From IMG/VR virus record IMGVR_UViG_3300022689_000310: a stretch of 55,403 nucleotides of DNA. One strand, written 5' to 3'. The stretch comes from an uncultured virus (IMG/VR IMGVR_UViG_3300022689_000310) (lineage: Duplodnaviria; Heunggongvirae; Uroviricota; Caudoviricetes). The notes under the pieces are model-generated. The model was not told the origin of the DNA. It did not search any database and saw only the letters and a program-made list of their open reading frames with translations. This document shows positions 24,869 through 35,049 of this stretch, piece by piece. Positions within the stretch are counted from its first letter, which is position 1. Each line of letters begins with the position of its first letter. The position numbers were made by a program, and so were the translations under genes.

Positions 24869-25537
24869 TTAAAGCGTTATTATTGGAGTTTTATAATATT
24901 CTTGGTTAGAATTCTTTATTAAATTAATCCAATCTTTACTACATATTAGATCTATTACATAAGCTACTAATTCACTTCCATCTATTCTGTAGAGTTTTGA
25001 ATTTAGTATGTAATGTAGAATTTCATTCCAAATAATATTACTTTGACTTTCTAATAAAAACTCTAAGATATCCATACATAAAACTGTATTTACTAATATA
25101 TTTGTTTTCCTATTTCCTTCTCTCTTGTATTTATCCATACATGTTTTTATCCATCTATTTCTGTTTGTTTCTATTCTTAAAGTATTTTTTACAAGTTCTC
25201 TCCATATATTTATATCTCCATAAGGATATCTATCTATCTTAGGTAGATTCATCATCTTTAGTAATTTATTTTTATACTTTTGTCTCCTTATACTTTTTAG
25301 ATATATCCTAAATGAAGATAGATTCTTCATCTTCTTTGCATTACAATAAATAGTTTCTTCACTACAATTATGTCTTAAAAACGGATCTATTTTATATATT
25401 TTCTTATAAAAACCTTTCACATAATGTAATTGCCCTTTACATAATGGACATATAATATTTAAATCTTTAGTAGATTTAGAATCTAAATAATTTACTTTTA
25501 AAAGTAAATTTAAATCTCTACACATCCCAATCTTCAT
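24869..25537 (-). CDS. CoiA-N-like zinc-finger protein (paralogue 2)
   Basis: IICPLCKGQL...PFLRH...C. Confidence 0.55.
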   Translation of the reverse strand: MKIGMCRDLNLLLKVNYLDSKSTKDLNIICPLCKGQLHYVKGFYKKIYKIDPFLRHNCSEETIYCNAKKMKNLSSFRIYLKSIRRQKYKNKLLKMMNLPKIDRYPYGDINIWRELVKNTLRIETNRNRWIKTCMDKYKREGNRKTNILVNTVLCMDILEFLLESQSNIIWNEILHYILNSKLYRIDGSELVAYVIDLICSKDWINLIKNSNQEYYKTPIITL

Positions 25538-25779
25538 TTTTTCCTTCTCCTATCTGTAACTCTTCTTAATTCTATGATATATATGAGACTTTACTTATAT
25601 AATATGTAGTATCTTTATCTACTTCTATTACATCTAAGTCTTCTTTACCATTTAATTTATCTCCTATTAACTTTCTTAAATGCTCAATGACTTTCTGTCT
25701 ATCATAACTACATACTATATAAGTAGAAGTTTCTGGACCATAAGTTTGTCTTACTCCAATCTCTAGTAAATATATATTA

Positions 25780-26397
25780 TTAATCATGTCTAGCAATATT
25801 CTTAAGAGTTATTGATCTATCTATTTTTGTTTTCTTATTATTATTTCTTCCAACTTTTGCCATCTTATCTACAACATTATTAAATATTTTATGTTTACTA
25901 CAATATGTTTCTTCACTATGTGATTTTATATGTTCAGTAATTATATGATGATTTTTTAATAGAGGTAGAAGTCTTTCCCATAAATCTATATGAGAATATA
26001 ATGAACCATTTGGCTTTCTCCAATTATATGAACATCTTATATAAATATCATTTATACCTCGTATAACATTTTCACTATCTATATATAAATGTACATCATA
26101 TCTTTTTCCTTCTTCTTTTATTAATCTTAATCCTTCTATAACCGCCATTATTTCCATTCTTTCAGATGTTGTATGTGTATATTTTTCTTCATTAAATATT
26201 CCATAATACCTGTTTTTATTTACAATCATTGCTGAATATCCGCCTATTCTTCTATTTGAATCATAACTACCGTCTGTATACATATATATTCTTTTATTTC
26301 TAAATAACCTATCTATTAATAAACTAAATGTTTTATTAATTTCCTCTTTTTTATTAAAACTTATATCCAACCATTTAAAATATTCTCTTAATTTCAT
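25780..26397 (-). CDS. rnhA: Ribonuclease HI
   Basis: YTDGS, TTSERMEIMAVIEGL, IDSENV, DLWERL, HIKSH, NNVVDKMA. Confidence 0.92.
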   Translation of the reverse strand: MKLREYFKWLDISFNKKEEINKTFSLLIDRLFRNKRIYMYTDGSYDSNRRIGGYSAMIVNKNRYYGIFNEEKYTHTTSERMEIMAVIEGLRLIKEEGKRYDVHLYIDSENVIRGINDIYIRCSYNWRKPNGSLYSHIDLWERLLPLLKNHHIITEHIKSHSEETYCSKHKIFNNVVDKMAKVGRNNNKKTKIDRSITLKNIARHD

Positions 26398-26748
26398 TTC
26401 ACCCTTATCCTTTTTTATAATTCTTCTAAAGCTTCCTTTAATGCGTCTTGAAATTCATTAAAACTTTTAAAAAACTTTAATTTACCTTGTTTATTATCTC
26501 CTCTATCTATATAAATTATACCTATATCTCCATCTTCCTCTTCTCTTATAGTTATAGCTATACTCCTTTTATATCCATATTCTCCTTTAGCTAATCTTTT
26601 TATATATCCTTCTTCTATATCTGTAAGGAATAACTCTCTATCTATTTTTCCTAACTTAAACCCATTTTTCTTTAAATATCTTATTAATCTCTCATTATCT
26701 TTTTTTCCTAACATTATAGAAAAGTTCATTCTTTTTTCCTTTATTTAT

Positions 26749-27114
26749 TTATTTCTCATAAATAATGGTACAAGATCCAGTTACTTCAAATAAAGTATTT
26801 TTCTCTAACTTAAACCATGCATCATCTCTCATTACAAGGATCTCTTCAGATAGTCCACTCCACCCATCTGAGCTAGTCTCTGAAAATATCTTACCAGAAC
26901 TTCTACCCTTTAAAATCTCTTTACCTCCTGAATAACAAGTAATAACTCCATCTATATTTCCAATATTTGCAGTATTCTTACTTATCGATTGTCTCATAGA
27001 GCTACAACCTACTAATATTAATAGGAAGATAAAAGATAATAAAATACTTTTAAGAAATCTATTCACATTAAATACCTCTTTTTTATTTCTAGAATTACTT
27101 AATGTATTTACCAA
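26749..27114 (-). CDS. Putative lipoprotein
   Basis: Hydrophobic stretch ending in lipobox LVGC. Confidence 0.6.
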   Translation of the reverse strand: MVNTLSNSRNKKEVFNVNRFLKSILLSFIFLLILVGCSSMRQSISKNTANIGNIDGVITCYSGGKEILKGRSSGKIFSETSSDGWSGLSEEILVMRDDAWFKLEKNTLFEVTGSCTIIYEK

Positions 27115-27771
27115 ATTACCATATCAAATGTTTCATTAACATTATCTATATATCCTTTATATATTCTTTTTCCTAATTTTGATTTAATAATTTTTTCTAT
27201 GAATTCCACATAATTATTTAAATCAATACCATATATTTTTCTACATTGTGATTCTGTTAAGAAATATTTATTATGAATATCAGAGTACATAACCATTTGA
27301 TAAATATTATTATCATCTTCTGCTTTAACTTTTCTTACTTTTATAGGCTTATCTTTTGTTTTTATACTTTCATATCTTTTTTTTAATTCCATTGTCTTTT
27401 CTCCTCAATTAATTTCTTTTTAAGCTATTTCCCTTACTATAACGTAATTTATATTTCTTTACTTCTTCTATAGCTTTCTCTTTACTTTCTTGTAAGGTAT
27501 TTAATACTATTTCATATTGTTCTTTTAAGTCTGAATATATTACTTCTTTCTCTTCAAAAGCTTCATATTGTAATAAATCATTTTCATCTAAATAACAAAC
27601 TACATAGTAAATGTTTTTCATCTTTCTTCTTTTTTATTACTTTTAAACTTTCTTTTCTTTATTAATTAATATAATTTATAAATCATTAAACTATATACAT
27701 ACTTCATGAAATAATAATAATAATATATATTAATTTATAATAAGTTAAGATCCCTTTAAAAAATTGATTAG

Positions 27772-28941
27772 AAAAGACCCCTTTTCTAATTATAATTCAA
27801 TTACCAGTTGAATCAAAAAGGGGTCTGCTGGGTAAACAAACATCATGAATCTCGGACTACCTCCAAGAGGTATTTTATTAACTTTTTAGGAAAAATCTTC
27901 TCCCTAAAATTTATTAAAGGGAGAAGATTTGACAAGGAGAATTTGTGTGTTTTATACGGGAAATGTTCCGTCTTGGACTACCTCCAAGAGGTAGTTATAA
28001 TCTTAAGAAAAAACCCCCTTTTATTTCTACAATTCGATCAAAATAGAAATTAAAAGAGGGTTAGCAAGAGCATAAAAGGCAATGATTTGTCTGACTTATT
28101 AATCAGACTATCTGGTTCTTGGACTACCTCCAAGAGGTAGAAAACCCTCCTATTATAAAGTAAATAGAAGGGCAGATGAGTTAAAAAGGAATTACAAAGT
28201 GATGTTCAATCACATATCTCGGACTACCTCCAAGAGGTAATGTAGTATTAAGAAACCCCTCTCCTTTATTTTTACAATTCAATTAAATAGAAAATAAAGA
28301 GAGGGGTACTTGGTAAACAGATTACCCAAAATCTTGGACTACCTCCAAGAGGTAAAAAATTTAGTATCATTCACATAACTTATTTCTTCTTTTTATATCT
28401 TGCATTGGTTCTAAAAATAAAACATTATTGACCAGAAACAATTCTTAATTGATTTATTTGACTATCAGTAAGTTCTTCTAAATAAGTAGGATTACCTAAA
28501 GAATAATCAATTATATCGATACAAACAACTCTTAAGTCAGGCGTTGGAGAGATAGCAGCAATACCTCCCCCATATTTTTCTAAACAATACAAATAATTAT
28601 CATTTTTATCAAGAATAGGGGAGTATAGAGAGAAATTAGAAGATACAAGTAAAGCGGTTAAAAATTTAAGTACAGTCATAGTTTTATTATATTATTTACA
28701 TTTTTAATAAAAACCTCTTTGATAATAAAATTAGATCAAGATTAAAATCAAAGAGGTTTGGGTTTCTCCTGAATCAATTAGGATCTCGGACTACCTCCAA
28801 GAGGTAAAAAGTCCCTCACTCTTAACGAGCTTGGGAGAGAACTGAACCCCTTGTTATTAAATAAATAAAAGGGGTGTCAGGATTAAGAAGGTACAAATTA
28901 CGTTCAATCAACCTGATGTCTTGGACTACCTCCAAGAGGTA
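27772..28941 (-). repeat. Array B locus 1: seven copies of a 23-bp hairpin repeat with variable segments and terminator-like hairpins
   Basis: Plus-strand TCTYGGACTACCTCCAAGAGGTA at 27850, 27971, 28117, 28217, 28332, 28784, 28919. Confidence 0.95.
28425..28679 (-). CDS. Small exported two-Cys protein inside array B
   Basis: Signal-like N-terminus; YLYC..GGIAAI..VVC..LEELTD. Confidence 0.55.
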   Translation of the reverse strand: MTVLKFLTALLVSSNFSLYSPILDKNDNYLYCLEKYGGGIAAISPTPDLRVVCIDIIDYSLGNPTYLEELTDSQINQLRIVSGQ

Positions 28942-29205
28942 GGAGATTTAATATCCCCAATATAACTTATTTTTTTCTAGCTGCTTCTTTTAATGAACTT
29001 ATTATACTAGAATTCTCTTCATCTTTATATAATTCTTTTCCTGCCATATATATTATTAATATAATTAATGGAGAGAATAATATACTTAATATATATAGAA
29101 TCCATCATATTGTTCTATTTATCATTAATCTTTTCCTCTCTTCAGAATCAATATATTCCTGTTATCTTTCTATTTTATTTTATATAAATATTAGTCCTTA
29201 TTATC

Positions 29206-30183
29206 TCATGATGTAGTTATAGATAAATAATATTGATATATATCTGTTAATTCTATATATTCACTACTTGTGAATATAATCTGAATATTATTTATATTTG
29301 CTATTTCCTTTATTTTCTGAATATAACCTATAGGTATATCTAAATCATCTATAAGTAGTACTTCATTCTTACCTAGTACTATATACATCAATATGTATAA
29401 TATTTTCTCTTGTTTTCTAGATAATACTTTATACCACTTATTATTTATCTTTATCTTTATGTTTGATATTTCATAAACTATATATTCCTTTTGTATAGTT
29501 ACTTGTTTATTTATATAAATATCCTCTATATTTAATACTTCCTTTATATAGTTAATTAATCTACTATATAAATTATCAATATTATTACTCTTTACTATAT
29601 CTATCTTTTCTAATATATGTACTCTACTTTCTTTTATATCTTCTTCACTTTTTATTTTTAATATATAGTTATAATATTTTTCTAAACTAGCTTTTGTCTT
29701 ATAAGTCTTTCTAAACTTTTTACTAGATATATTTTCTATATTGATTATATTTCCCAACTCTTTTTTTAATACTTTTACTTCATTTGGTTCTTCCAATAAA
29801 TATAATAAAGTTGCGTTGATAGATAATTTTATTTTATATTCTTTTCCTTCTATATATGTAATATCATTAGCTCTAGAAAATACCTTTTTTTTATTTACAA
29901 TTAAACATTCATTATTAATATTAAGTTTATGTTCACTTACTGAACCTTCTGAGACCTCTGAAGGTGCAATATCCTCATTCTTTATTTCTCCATTCCATTC
30001 ATATACATCATCATTTATCTCTATAATCAATTCCCATTTATAATAATTACTAAATTCACATTTATCTATTAATCCTGTACCTATTTGCTTTAGGTTATAT
30101 ATAGAATTTAATAATAAACTTTTACCTGATGCTATATCTCCATAGATACAATTCATATATTTATTAAATGAGACCGGTCCCAA
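29206..30183 (-). CDS. ABC-type ATPase; true start probably slightly upstream
   Basis: YGDIASGKS, LLIDD, IIFTS; frame stays open up to an AAGGAGGT SD near 30235. Confidence 0.7.
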   Translation of the reverse strand: MGPVSFNKYMNCIYGDIASGKSLLLNSIYNLKQIGTGLIDKCEFSNYYKWELIIEINDDVYEWNGEIKNEDIAPSEVSEGSVSEHKLNINNECLIVNKKKVFSRANDITYIEGKEYKIKLSINATLLYLLEEPNEVKVLKKELGNIINIENISSKKFRKTYKTKASLEKYYNYILKIKSEEDIKESRVHILEKIDIVKSNNIDNLYSRLINYIKEVLNIEDIYINKQVTIQKEYIVYEISNIKIKINNKWYKVLSRKQEKILYILMYIVLGKNEVLLIDDLDIPIGYIQKIKEIANINNIQIIFTSSEYIELTDIYQYYLSITTS

Positions 30184-30306
30184 TTTTATATGTCCGATAT
30201 CTATATTAAATCTTAATATTCTTATTTTCCTTACCTCCTTTTATTATGTATAGTGACTTTAAATACTTTGATTTATAGTTTTATAAAGAAATAATATTGA
30301 ACTTAT

Positions 30307-30954
30307 TTAATACTTTTCAAGTGCTATTTTGAGAGCATCATTATAAGTATGATTAAATGGAAAATATTTAGTGGGTATGTCTCCTTTCCAACTATCTTTT
30401 AATTTATAAGATTTTATAGATGTTTTAGAATCTTTACTTTCTTTATATAATAGATTTATTATTACATCTTCACTATTAATATTTCCCTCTATTATATTTA
30501 TAGTAATAGCATCCATTACTTGTAAAGAATGAGTTTCTAATACTATACTATTTTTATTATTTAGTCTTTCTACAATATAGTTAGTTAGTCTATGTATATA
30601 TTTCTCTGATAATCCCAATTCAGGATGTTCTATAGCGACTTTATTCCGAGATATATTAGATAGTTCTAATATTATAGGTATAGATAAATTAATACCTGCG
30701 CTATTTGATTGTTCAAAAATATTATTTTTCTCATCAATATTAAATATCTTTCTTATAATTGGTTGACTTTCAGGAGTTAACTCGTAAAACCTTCCTCTTG
30801 TAGTATTTAATACTTTAAAACTTTCCTTATTTTTCAATTCTCTTATCACTTCACTCTTACCTGTTGCATTATCTCCTATCAATATTGTCAAACGTTTTAA
30901 GATAATCTCATCTTCTTTATTAAATATTTTATTGATTAATTTTAAGCTTTTCAT
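30307..30954 (-). CDS. Compact ABC-type ATPase
   Basis: IGDNATGKS, SAG, IEHPELGL, LETHS. Confidence 0.75.
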   Translation of the reverse strand: MKSLKLINKIFNKEDEIILKRLTILIGDNATGKSEVIRELKNKESFKVLNTTRGRFYELTPESQPIIRKIFNIDEKNNIFEQSNSAGINLSIPIILELSNISRNKVAIEHPELGLSEKYIHRLTNYIVERLNNKNSIVLETHSLQVMDAITINIIEGNINSEDVIINLLYKESKDSKTSIKSYKLKDSWKGDIPTKYFPFNHTYNDALKIALEKY

Positions 30955-32129
30955 CTTTCTAAATTTCTTAATTACTACTTATAGATTATTATTTAATTTA
31001 TATATTTATATTTAATATTTTATCTATATCTTTTTTAAATATATCGATAGGATATTCTTTATGATTTATAACTAATGGATGAATAATTCTAATTACATTA
31101 CAATTTTCTAAAGGTATTAAATTTATTTCTTTATGTTTAAATACTTCTTTTTGTTCATTTAAGAAAGTATCTAATGATTCTTCTATAAGATTATTAGTCC
31201 TATATTTCATTTCATTAAATACATCTTCAACTTCAATCTGATATCTATTCAAATTACCATCATTATAATTTTCATACACAGATATATATGCTCCTTTATT
31301 ATATTGTCTTCTTATTAATCTTTGCCATTTCTCCAAAGTATCTAGTCTATTTGTTCCATTAAGAAAAAAGGTATATCCAGGTATAGATATACCTATATCT
31401 ATACTTTTTTCTTCAAATCTATTATATATAGTATTTCTCTTTATCAACTTAAAGTATTTAATAATATTACATTTCATATATTCTTTATTCATTCTTTAAT
31501 TTCCCATCTATTCTCTTTATAATTAAATATTATTACATCATTCCAAGGTAGAGTGAAAGCTTTAGATTTATCTATTTTTTCTTTCGATATTTCATATTGA
31601 GGACAATTCTTTTCTATATATTTTTCTACTATATCTTGATCGTTTAATAAAAATAGAATAAGAGCATTATCTGTAGTTCTTGCTTTTTCATCATTATTCC
31701 AATTTTCTTCTGTCCTTAGTAATACATTTAAATGGTCTAACAGATCTATTGTTAAATAATTTATATTCTTTTCCATACAATTTCTCTTATTAAATTAGTC
31801 TTCTAATTACTTTACAAAAGTCTCGCTTCGCTCGACACTAAAAGGGGTATCTGGTTAAATAAACTCTTTATACTTAAGACATATTAAAACTGTTTAAGTT
31901 AAGAAGGTCCCAAATATAAACATAACTGACCCCTTTATTTTTTTACTTAAATATAAATATTAATTATTCGGTCAATTTAAATTTAAAAGTATTCTAATTA
32001 CTTTATAACTAAAGTAATTTAATAAAAGAGGAGGATTAAGTTAAATTTTTTACCAGCGTTGGTTTTCTATAAAGAAGAACTTTAATTATTTAGTTGACTT
32101 TAATTCAAAAGTCTTCCAATTACTTAAGG

Positions 32130-32216
32130 CGGAGGAGATAGGATTCGAACCTACGAAGAGTATTATCTCTTAACGGTTTTCAAGACCGTCGCATTCAACC
32201 ACTCTGCCACTCCTCC
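32130..32216 (-). tRNA. tRNA-Ser(TGA)
   Basis: GGAGGAG acceptor stem, ACGGT-CTTGAAA-ACCGT anticodon arm, long variable arm, GGTTCGAATCC; CCA not encoded. Confidence 0.95.
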
Positions 32217-32256
32217 ATGTTATCTTTATTATATCATTCTCCATTCATAGTTTCAA

Positions 32257-32343
32257 CGGAGAAGATAGGATTCGAACCTACGAAGAGTTTTATCTCTTAA
32301 CAGATTAGCAATCTGCCGCATTCAACCACTCTGCCACTTCTCC
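32257..32343 (-). tRNA. tRNA-Ser(GCT)
   Basis: GGAGAAG acceptor stem, GCAGA-TTGCTAA-TCTGT anticodon arm, long variable arm, GGTTCGAATCC; CCA not encoded. Confidence 0.95.
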
Positions 32344-32436
32344 TTAATTTATAAATAATCCTTAAAAAAAAATAGAGTTATTATATTATAATAATATATA
32401 TAACTCTAATATTATTAATTTATTAACTAACTTATT

Positions 32437-34548
32437 ATGAAAACCCAATCTTATAATGATCAAGTTCGTCATGATAAAGATGGCTCACTCCCATCTTCTT
32501 CTAATTATAATATATCTTCTATAAGTAATAAAGAGCTAAATAAAATGAGCAGTACAAAAATCCTTAATAAAAAATTCACTGGTAAAATCACAGCACGCAC
32601 TTCTAAAGGTAAAGATCGTTCTCTTACCATTAGTGCTATTTTCAATAAACTAGATCTTATGGATCTTTATCTTAGAGCTATTGGTACTAATGATCAAGAT
32701 AGAATAAAAATCTCTTTAAATCTTACTGCCGACCATAAAGGTCGTACTCTTGCCCTTAAAGAAGGTTTATATTGGATTACAGAGCAAAATGTTTACTCTG
32801 ATGGTACTAAGTATACATCTTCAGAAGCTTTAGAAAAGCTTCAATCTTTAGGTATTCTAAAAAAAGTATCTCATTCTCAATATGTTAAAGGTGTTGCTAC
32901 TGAAGCAGTTGTAAATAAAGTTAAGAAATTAGCTTATATTGTAAGTGATTCTATTTGTTTTATCTTAGATAATTCTTTTTTTGATATTATTGAGTTGGCT
33001 GAAAGTATTTATTCGATCTCTACAGATAAAGTTTATTGGGAAGATCCTACTAAACAAATGATTGCTAAAATAGCTGAAAAAGCTTATCTCACTTCTCTTA
33101 ATAGAAATAACTCTGAAAAGTTTATTCGTATCACTTTCTCCCTTTCTAGAATTAAAGGAATTCAGAGTCGAGAAGGTATTACATCTTCTTTAGTTTTAAC
33201 TCTTATTGATGCTTTCCTTCCGGGTTATCAACCAGGTAGGAAACAAAAGATTTATGAAATATTACAGAAGAAATATTCTCTTGAAGAGAAAGAGTTAGAA
33301 GAAATTAGAAAACATCAAGAATATAAAGAATATCAAGAACAAGGGGTTTTTGAGCAGACGATAAATAAAGATAAGGAAACAGAAACGCTCTTGCAGAAAG
33401 AACAAGATAAGGACATGAAAGTAGAGGGGAAAGGGAAGAAGGGTAAGATGAGGGGTGAGCTAGAAAGGTTATTACAAAGGGAGATATACAGGGAGAGTCA
33501 TGACCTTCCCTGTATATCCCCATCATTTATCCATGCCCTTGAGACCTTACCTCCCGCCCAACTCCAGCCTGTCCGCTCTACCACTCCTTCTGCCCTGCGA
33601 GCGGAGTGTTCTACATATCTCAGTGAGACAATAAGTGAATATGCATCTGTGTATAATGAAGCGATAGGTTTAAATGTATTGAGATATAGATGTAGGGATC
33701 TCCAAGATGTAAGGCAAAAGGAAGTACTAAAGAGAGAAGCCCTTCCTGTGGAATATTTATTACTATCGGATAATAGTGCCCGAATGTATAGTAAGAGGAA
33801 AGATAATTTATTTTATTGTAGGAAGGATTTAAGGATAAGTGCGTTAGAAGGGATGGGATTTAAGGATGTAGACATGCAAAGTTGTCATGCCCAGATAGCG
33901 GTAAGTTTATGGGGAGAAGAGCTAAAGACGTTAAAAGAACATTTAGATAAAGGAACATTATGGAGTTATTATAAGAGCCATTTCGAGAGTAATGGTTTAA
34001 AGTTCTATAAAGGATTAATAAAAGGATTACATCATGCTAGTTTTCTTGGAGGAGGGAAGAAAGCTCAAGAGAAGATATTAAGAGGATATAATGTAAAGAA
34101 TAAAGGTAAGGAGATAAAAGAAGAAGAATGGAAGAAGATAATAAAGTGTTTTAAGGATAGTGAAGTATATAAAGAATTAAGAAAGTTATTCAGGAAGTTA
34201 AGTAAAGAATGGCATAATAAAACGATAACAACGATAACAGGGGAAAGTTTTGATGTAAGAGGATACAGAAAATATAAAGAGAATGGGGTAACTAAGAGCA
34301 ACCCCGGTAATTTATTAACAGCGATATCAGCAGTACTACAATCAATAGAAGTAACATTAATATCTTATATGATATTAAGAAGTAAAGAATTATTTGTACC
34401 AATATTATGGCAACATGATGGATTAACGATCAAGTGTTTATATAGTAATACAGTAGAATTAATGCAAGAAGCATTAGATGAATATAGTAAAAAGTTATTA
34501 GGAAGACGGATAAAATTAGTAGCTACAGATTTAGATCAAATGAAATAA
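32437..34548 (+). CDS. Family-A polymerase-like (TV-Pol-like) protein, possible replication initiator/primase
   Basis: C-terminal R-MY, DVDMQSCH (motif A), K..HHASFLGG (motif B-like), LQSIE, QHDG (motif C); no exonuclease motifs recognised. Confidence 0.6.
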   Translation: MKTQSYNDQVRHDKDGSLPSSSNYNISSISNKELNKMSSTKILNKKFTGKITARTSKGKDRSLTISAIFNKLDLMDLYLRAIGTNDQDRIKISLNLTADHKGRTLALKEGLYWITEQNVYSDGTKYTSSEALEKLQSLGILKKVSHSQYVKGVATEAVVNKVKKLAYIVSDSICFILDNSFFDIIELAESIYSISTDKVYWEDPTKQMIAKIAEKAYLTSLNRNNSEKFIRITFSLSRIKGIQSREGITSSLVLTLIDAFLPGYQPGRKQKIYEILQKKYSLEEKELEEIRKHQEYKEYQEQGVFEQTINKDKETETLLQKEQDKDMKVEGKGKKGKMRGELERLLQREIYRESHDLPCISPSFIHALETLPPAQLQPVRSTTPSALRAECSTYLSETISEYASVYNEAIGLNVLRYRCRDLQDVRQKEVLKREALPVEYLLLSDNSARMYSKRKDNLFYCRKDLRISALEGMGFKDVDMQSCHAQIAVSLWGEELKTLKEHLDKGTLWSYYKSHFESNGLKFYKGLIKGLHHASFLGGGKKAQEKILRGYNVKNKGKEIKEEEWKKIIKCFKDSEVYKELRKLFRKLSKEWHNKTITTITGESFDVRGYRKYKENGVTKSNPGNLLTAISAVLQSIEVTLISYMILRSKELFVPILWQHDGLTIKCLYSNTVELMQEALDEYSKKLLGRRIKLVATDLDQMK
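33481..33520. other. Near-perfect 40-bp palindrome, candidate replication origin
   Basis: GATATACAGGGA-GA-GTCATGAC-CT-TCCCTGTATATC, G-rich to the left and C-rich to the right. Confidence 0.5.
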
Positions 34549-34803
34549 ATAAAAAATTACACATATTTACCGGGCTTATTAGAGATGAATTCACTCGGAT
34601 ATCCATTATTTTTATAATGGATATATAAGCCCAAATTCCCATGTGTATTAATATTATATTCTCCATATTCTATTAATTGACCATTATCTTTAATAATAAC
34701 TACCATCTTAATATCTTTTTGTATTACAAACATCTTGTAATTTTTATATTTTTCATATATAATTACTTTAGATAAAACTTTTATTATATCAGTATCCAAG
34801 TCA

Positions 34804-35049
34804 TTAGATAGCAATGTCATCCACCTCTCTTTTCAATTTATCATTTAACAAATCTCTATTTATATAACCTGTAATTCTACTATTCAAATGACAAGCAATA
34901 TAACTATCATTAACTAAAGTTACGATACCTTCAGTATCACTATTAATAAGACATTTATAAGGTTGATTTGTATAAGGTTTTAATATACCTAAATATGAAA
35001 TAGTAATTAATATATACATTCCATAAGATACTTTCTTTTTATTAATCAT
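34804..35049 (-). CDS. Small membrane-anchored two-Cys protein (paralogue family)
   Basis: TM segment then YKC..EGIVTL..IAC..LLND. Confidence 0.5.
   Translation of the reverse strand: MINKKKVSYGMYILITISYLGILKPYTNQPYKCLINSDTEGIVTLVNDSYIACHLNSRITGYINRDLLNDKLKREVDDIAI

Noticed and set aside
27850..27872. GGAGGT in the array B handle as a functional Shine-Dalgarno for peptides
   Set aside because: No consistent downstream start codon, and two locus-2 copies change it to AGAGGT
27808..28053. 81-aa plus-strand ORF
   Set aside because: Runs across array B repeats and hairpins; likely spurious
27850..28941. Canonical CRISPR array
   Set aside because: Inter-repeat distances of 77-123 bp or more are irregular and contain terminator-like hairpins; no cas genes nearby
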